Part shown: positions 33,365 through 34,904 of the stretch, one piece after another
Layout: every line of letters begins with the position of its first letter
Numbering within the stretch: position 1 is the stretch's first letter
Assembly (NCBI GenBank): GCA_019323135.1
Contig: JAHWHT010000002.1
Span: forward strand, 1-34,904
Reading direction: 5' to 3'
Source of the DNA: Candidatus Woesearchaeota archaeon
GTDB taxonomy: Archaea > Nanobdellota > Nanobdellia > Woesearchaeales > ARS49
DNA: 34,904 nt
The notes under the pieces: generated by a model
Databases searched by the model: none
What the model was told of the DNA's origin: nothing
Seen by the model: only the letters and a program-made list of their open reading frames with translations
Made by a program: the position numbers and the translations under genes

Positions 33365-34904
33365 TTTTATTATCCTTTTCTTCTTTACCTATTTTTGCAA
33401 ACTCTTCGTCATACTCTATGTTTTTTAGTTCTACACTCGCTAGTTTGCCTCTATGTTTTTCAAGCATAACTTTTAACAGTTGTTCTATTTTTGCTTCGTC
33501 TGCTTGTTTCAAAGCAAGCAGCTCTTTAAGCGCTTCTGCAACATGGGGAATATATTTCTCGATATAGCTTCTTTTCTTACTCTCGGCATGTATTCTTTTT
33601 TTCTTATTTACATACATCCCTAATTTTCTCCCGCATTCCTGCAAAGCCAGTTTTAGTTCTTTGATTATTTCAGGATAATGAGCTAATGCCTCTTTTGCTT
33701 CTGATGTAAATGGCGGCCACACAGATGCTAAATGAACAACTAATGTAACAGGTCCCTGCGGTAAAGAACCAGAGCTTTGTGAAAGTCCATAGCTTCTCCA
33801 TCCAGTCTGCACTGTTGCCTTGAATATTGCTCCTGCGCTTTGTTGATACAGCAATGGAACTCTATTTGCAAATCTCATTAGTTTTATTGAAGAATCTTTT
33901 GGCTGGTCTCCGCCATATGCTATTGCACACTCTACAACAAAAGGATTTCCGCGATATACTGACGGAGATCTTGTTACTGCGGTATAAAATTCTGCATTAA
34001 TTTCTTTTTTCAATCCTTTCTCAAGTAGTTCTGACCCTATCGGCACTATGCAGTTTGTTGATGGCGCAATTATTTTTGTATTCTTTATGCCTTCCATCAA
34101 TTTTTCTGCTTGCGCATGATTTATTGTATGTGGTTTAGTATTAGGTGTGATTGCTGCTTTTTCACAGATTTCTTTTGCAGTTCCTGATCCCACTCTGCAA
34201 AATTCTTTTGTCAAAAATGCCTGCACTGTTCTAGTCTCAGTATTCTTAAGCATTTTTATTAAGATGCCCAGCTCAATTCCGTATGGGTGCGGTTTTATCT
34301 CTTTTGGTTCATCTGGCAGAACATCTATTACTCTTGGAAATACAAATTGTTCTGCTTTAGGATTAGTATAGATTATTGTTGCATGAGGATTGACTATTGC
34401 AGTTTCTTTGATATAAGTATCAACACTCTGGTCGCCTTTTTGGTATGATGCCTCTAAATCCAGTTCTATTCTTGTTCCATGTTGTTTTTTCCACTCTATT
34501 TTTTCTTCTTTAATTATTTCTGGTATGTTATTTTTAGTATCAATTTTCAATTCAAACAACATTGCGTCGTGTTTTTCACCTATTCTTGATTTTATTTTTG
34601 CAGGTCTTCCTGTTGTTAATTGAGAATATAGTACTGCTGCGCTTATCCCTATTCCTTGCTGACCTCTTGCTTGTTTTAATGTGTGAAACTTGCTTCCATA
34701 TAGCAATTTTGCAAAAATATTAGGTATTTGTTTTTTGACTATTCCGGGCCATTATCTTCTATGATTGCTCTGAATCTATCATTGCCCATATCCAGTATCT
34801 GTACATTTATTTCTGGAAGTATTCTGGCTTCTTCGCAAGCGTCTATAGCATTATCTACTGCTTCTTTTATAACAGTCATCAAGGCTTTTCTTTTGTTATC
34901 AAAA
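33357..34904 (-). CDS. top6B: DNA topoisomerase VI subunit B; 5' end outside window; reading frame broken by a 1-nt frameshift at about 34745
   Basis: The upstream frame reads ..LMTVIKEAVDNAIDACEEARILPEINVQILDMGNDRFRAIIEDNGPE*. The downstream frame continues (W)PGIVKKQIPNIFAKLLYGSKFHTLKQARGQQGIGISAA.. Together these form the GHKL N-box and DxGxG box. Confidence 0.85.

Noticed and set aside
1-34904. Search for mobile elements, defence islands, prophage or CRISPR-Cas
   Set aside because: I recognised no transposase, integrase, Cas, restriction-modification, toxin-antitoxin or phage structural signatures. The two RHH proteins lack an adjacent toxin-like partner and are followed by cysD, so a TA-module reading was dropped.

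Overview
Visibly AT-rich, very gene-dense archaeal DNA. Hallmarks are topoisomerase VI A+B, ABCE1, TrmI, SecDF, an archaeal-type 5S rRNA and three tRNAs, two of them with introns. A palindromic TTTATAAA TATA box recurs 21-25 nt upstream of start codons or RNA 5' ends, implying mostly leaderless transcripts. Many gene junctions are ATGA/TAATG start-stop overlaps. The content fits a small-genome uncultivated archaeon (DPANN-like), but that is inference only. I saw no transposase, integrase, CRISPR array or cas gene. The window has three zones. (i) 1-7761 is a surface-glycan cluster: AP-superfamily enzyme, CE4-like deacetylase, two GT2, one GT4, a methyltransferase, a MOP flippase and a Gfo/Idh/MocA oxidoreductase. 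(ii) 7880-17176 is a sulfo-sugar and sulfate-activation supercluster: AP-family phosphodiesterase, a UDP-sulfoquinovose synthase (SQD1/Agl3 family) with an 81-aa Cys-rich N-terminal extension, thioredoxin and a GalE-like epimerase. These are followed by two RHH proteins, CysD, DUF2061, a HIT protein, CysN, a DPPR-synthase-like UbiA prenyltransferase and a sugar nucleotidyltransferase. (iii) 17269-34904 holds housekeeping and RNA genes. The most interesting observations follow. The two RHH proteins and CysD all end in the same K/R-LR-x-LGY tail. The CysD homologue carries APS-reductase-like CC...CxxC cysteines, while no cysH or cysC is present in the window. The 5S rRNA 3' end plus terminator is duplicated around a 144-bp array of four perfect hairpins. 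A stand-alone 32-codon gene encodes MAKKKAKKKK... and has its own SD and terminator. tRNA-Arg carries two non-canonical introns, and tRNA-Cys has a structured leader that repeats its own 5' end. top6B has a 1-nt frameshift inside the DNGPGI ATP-binding motif.
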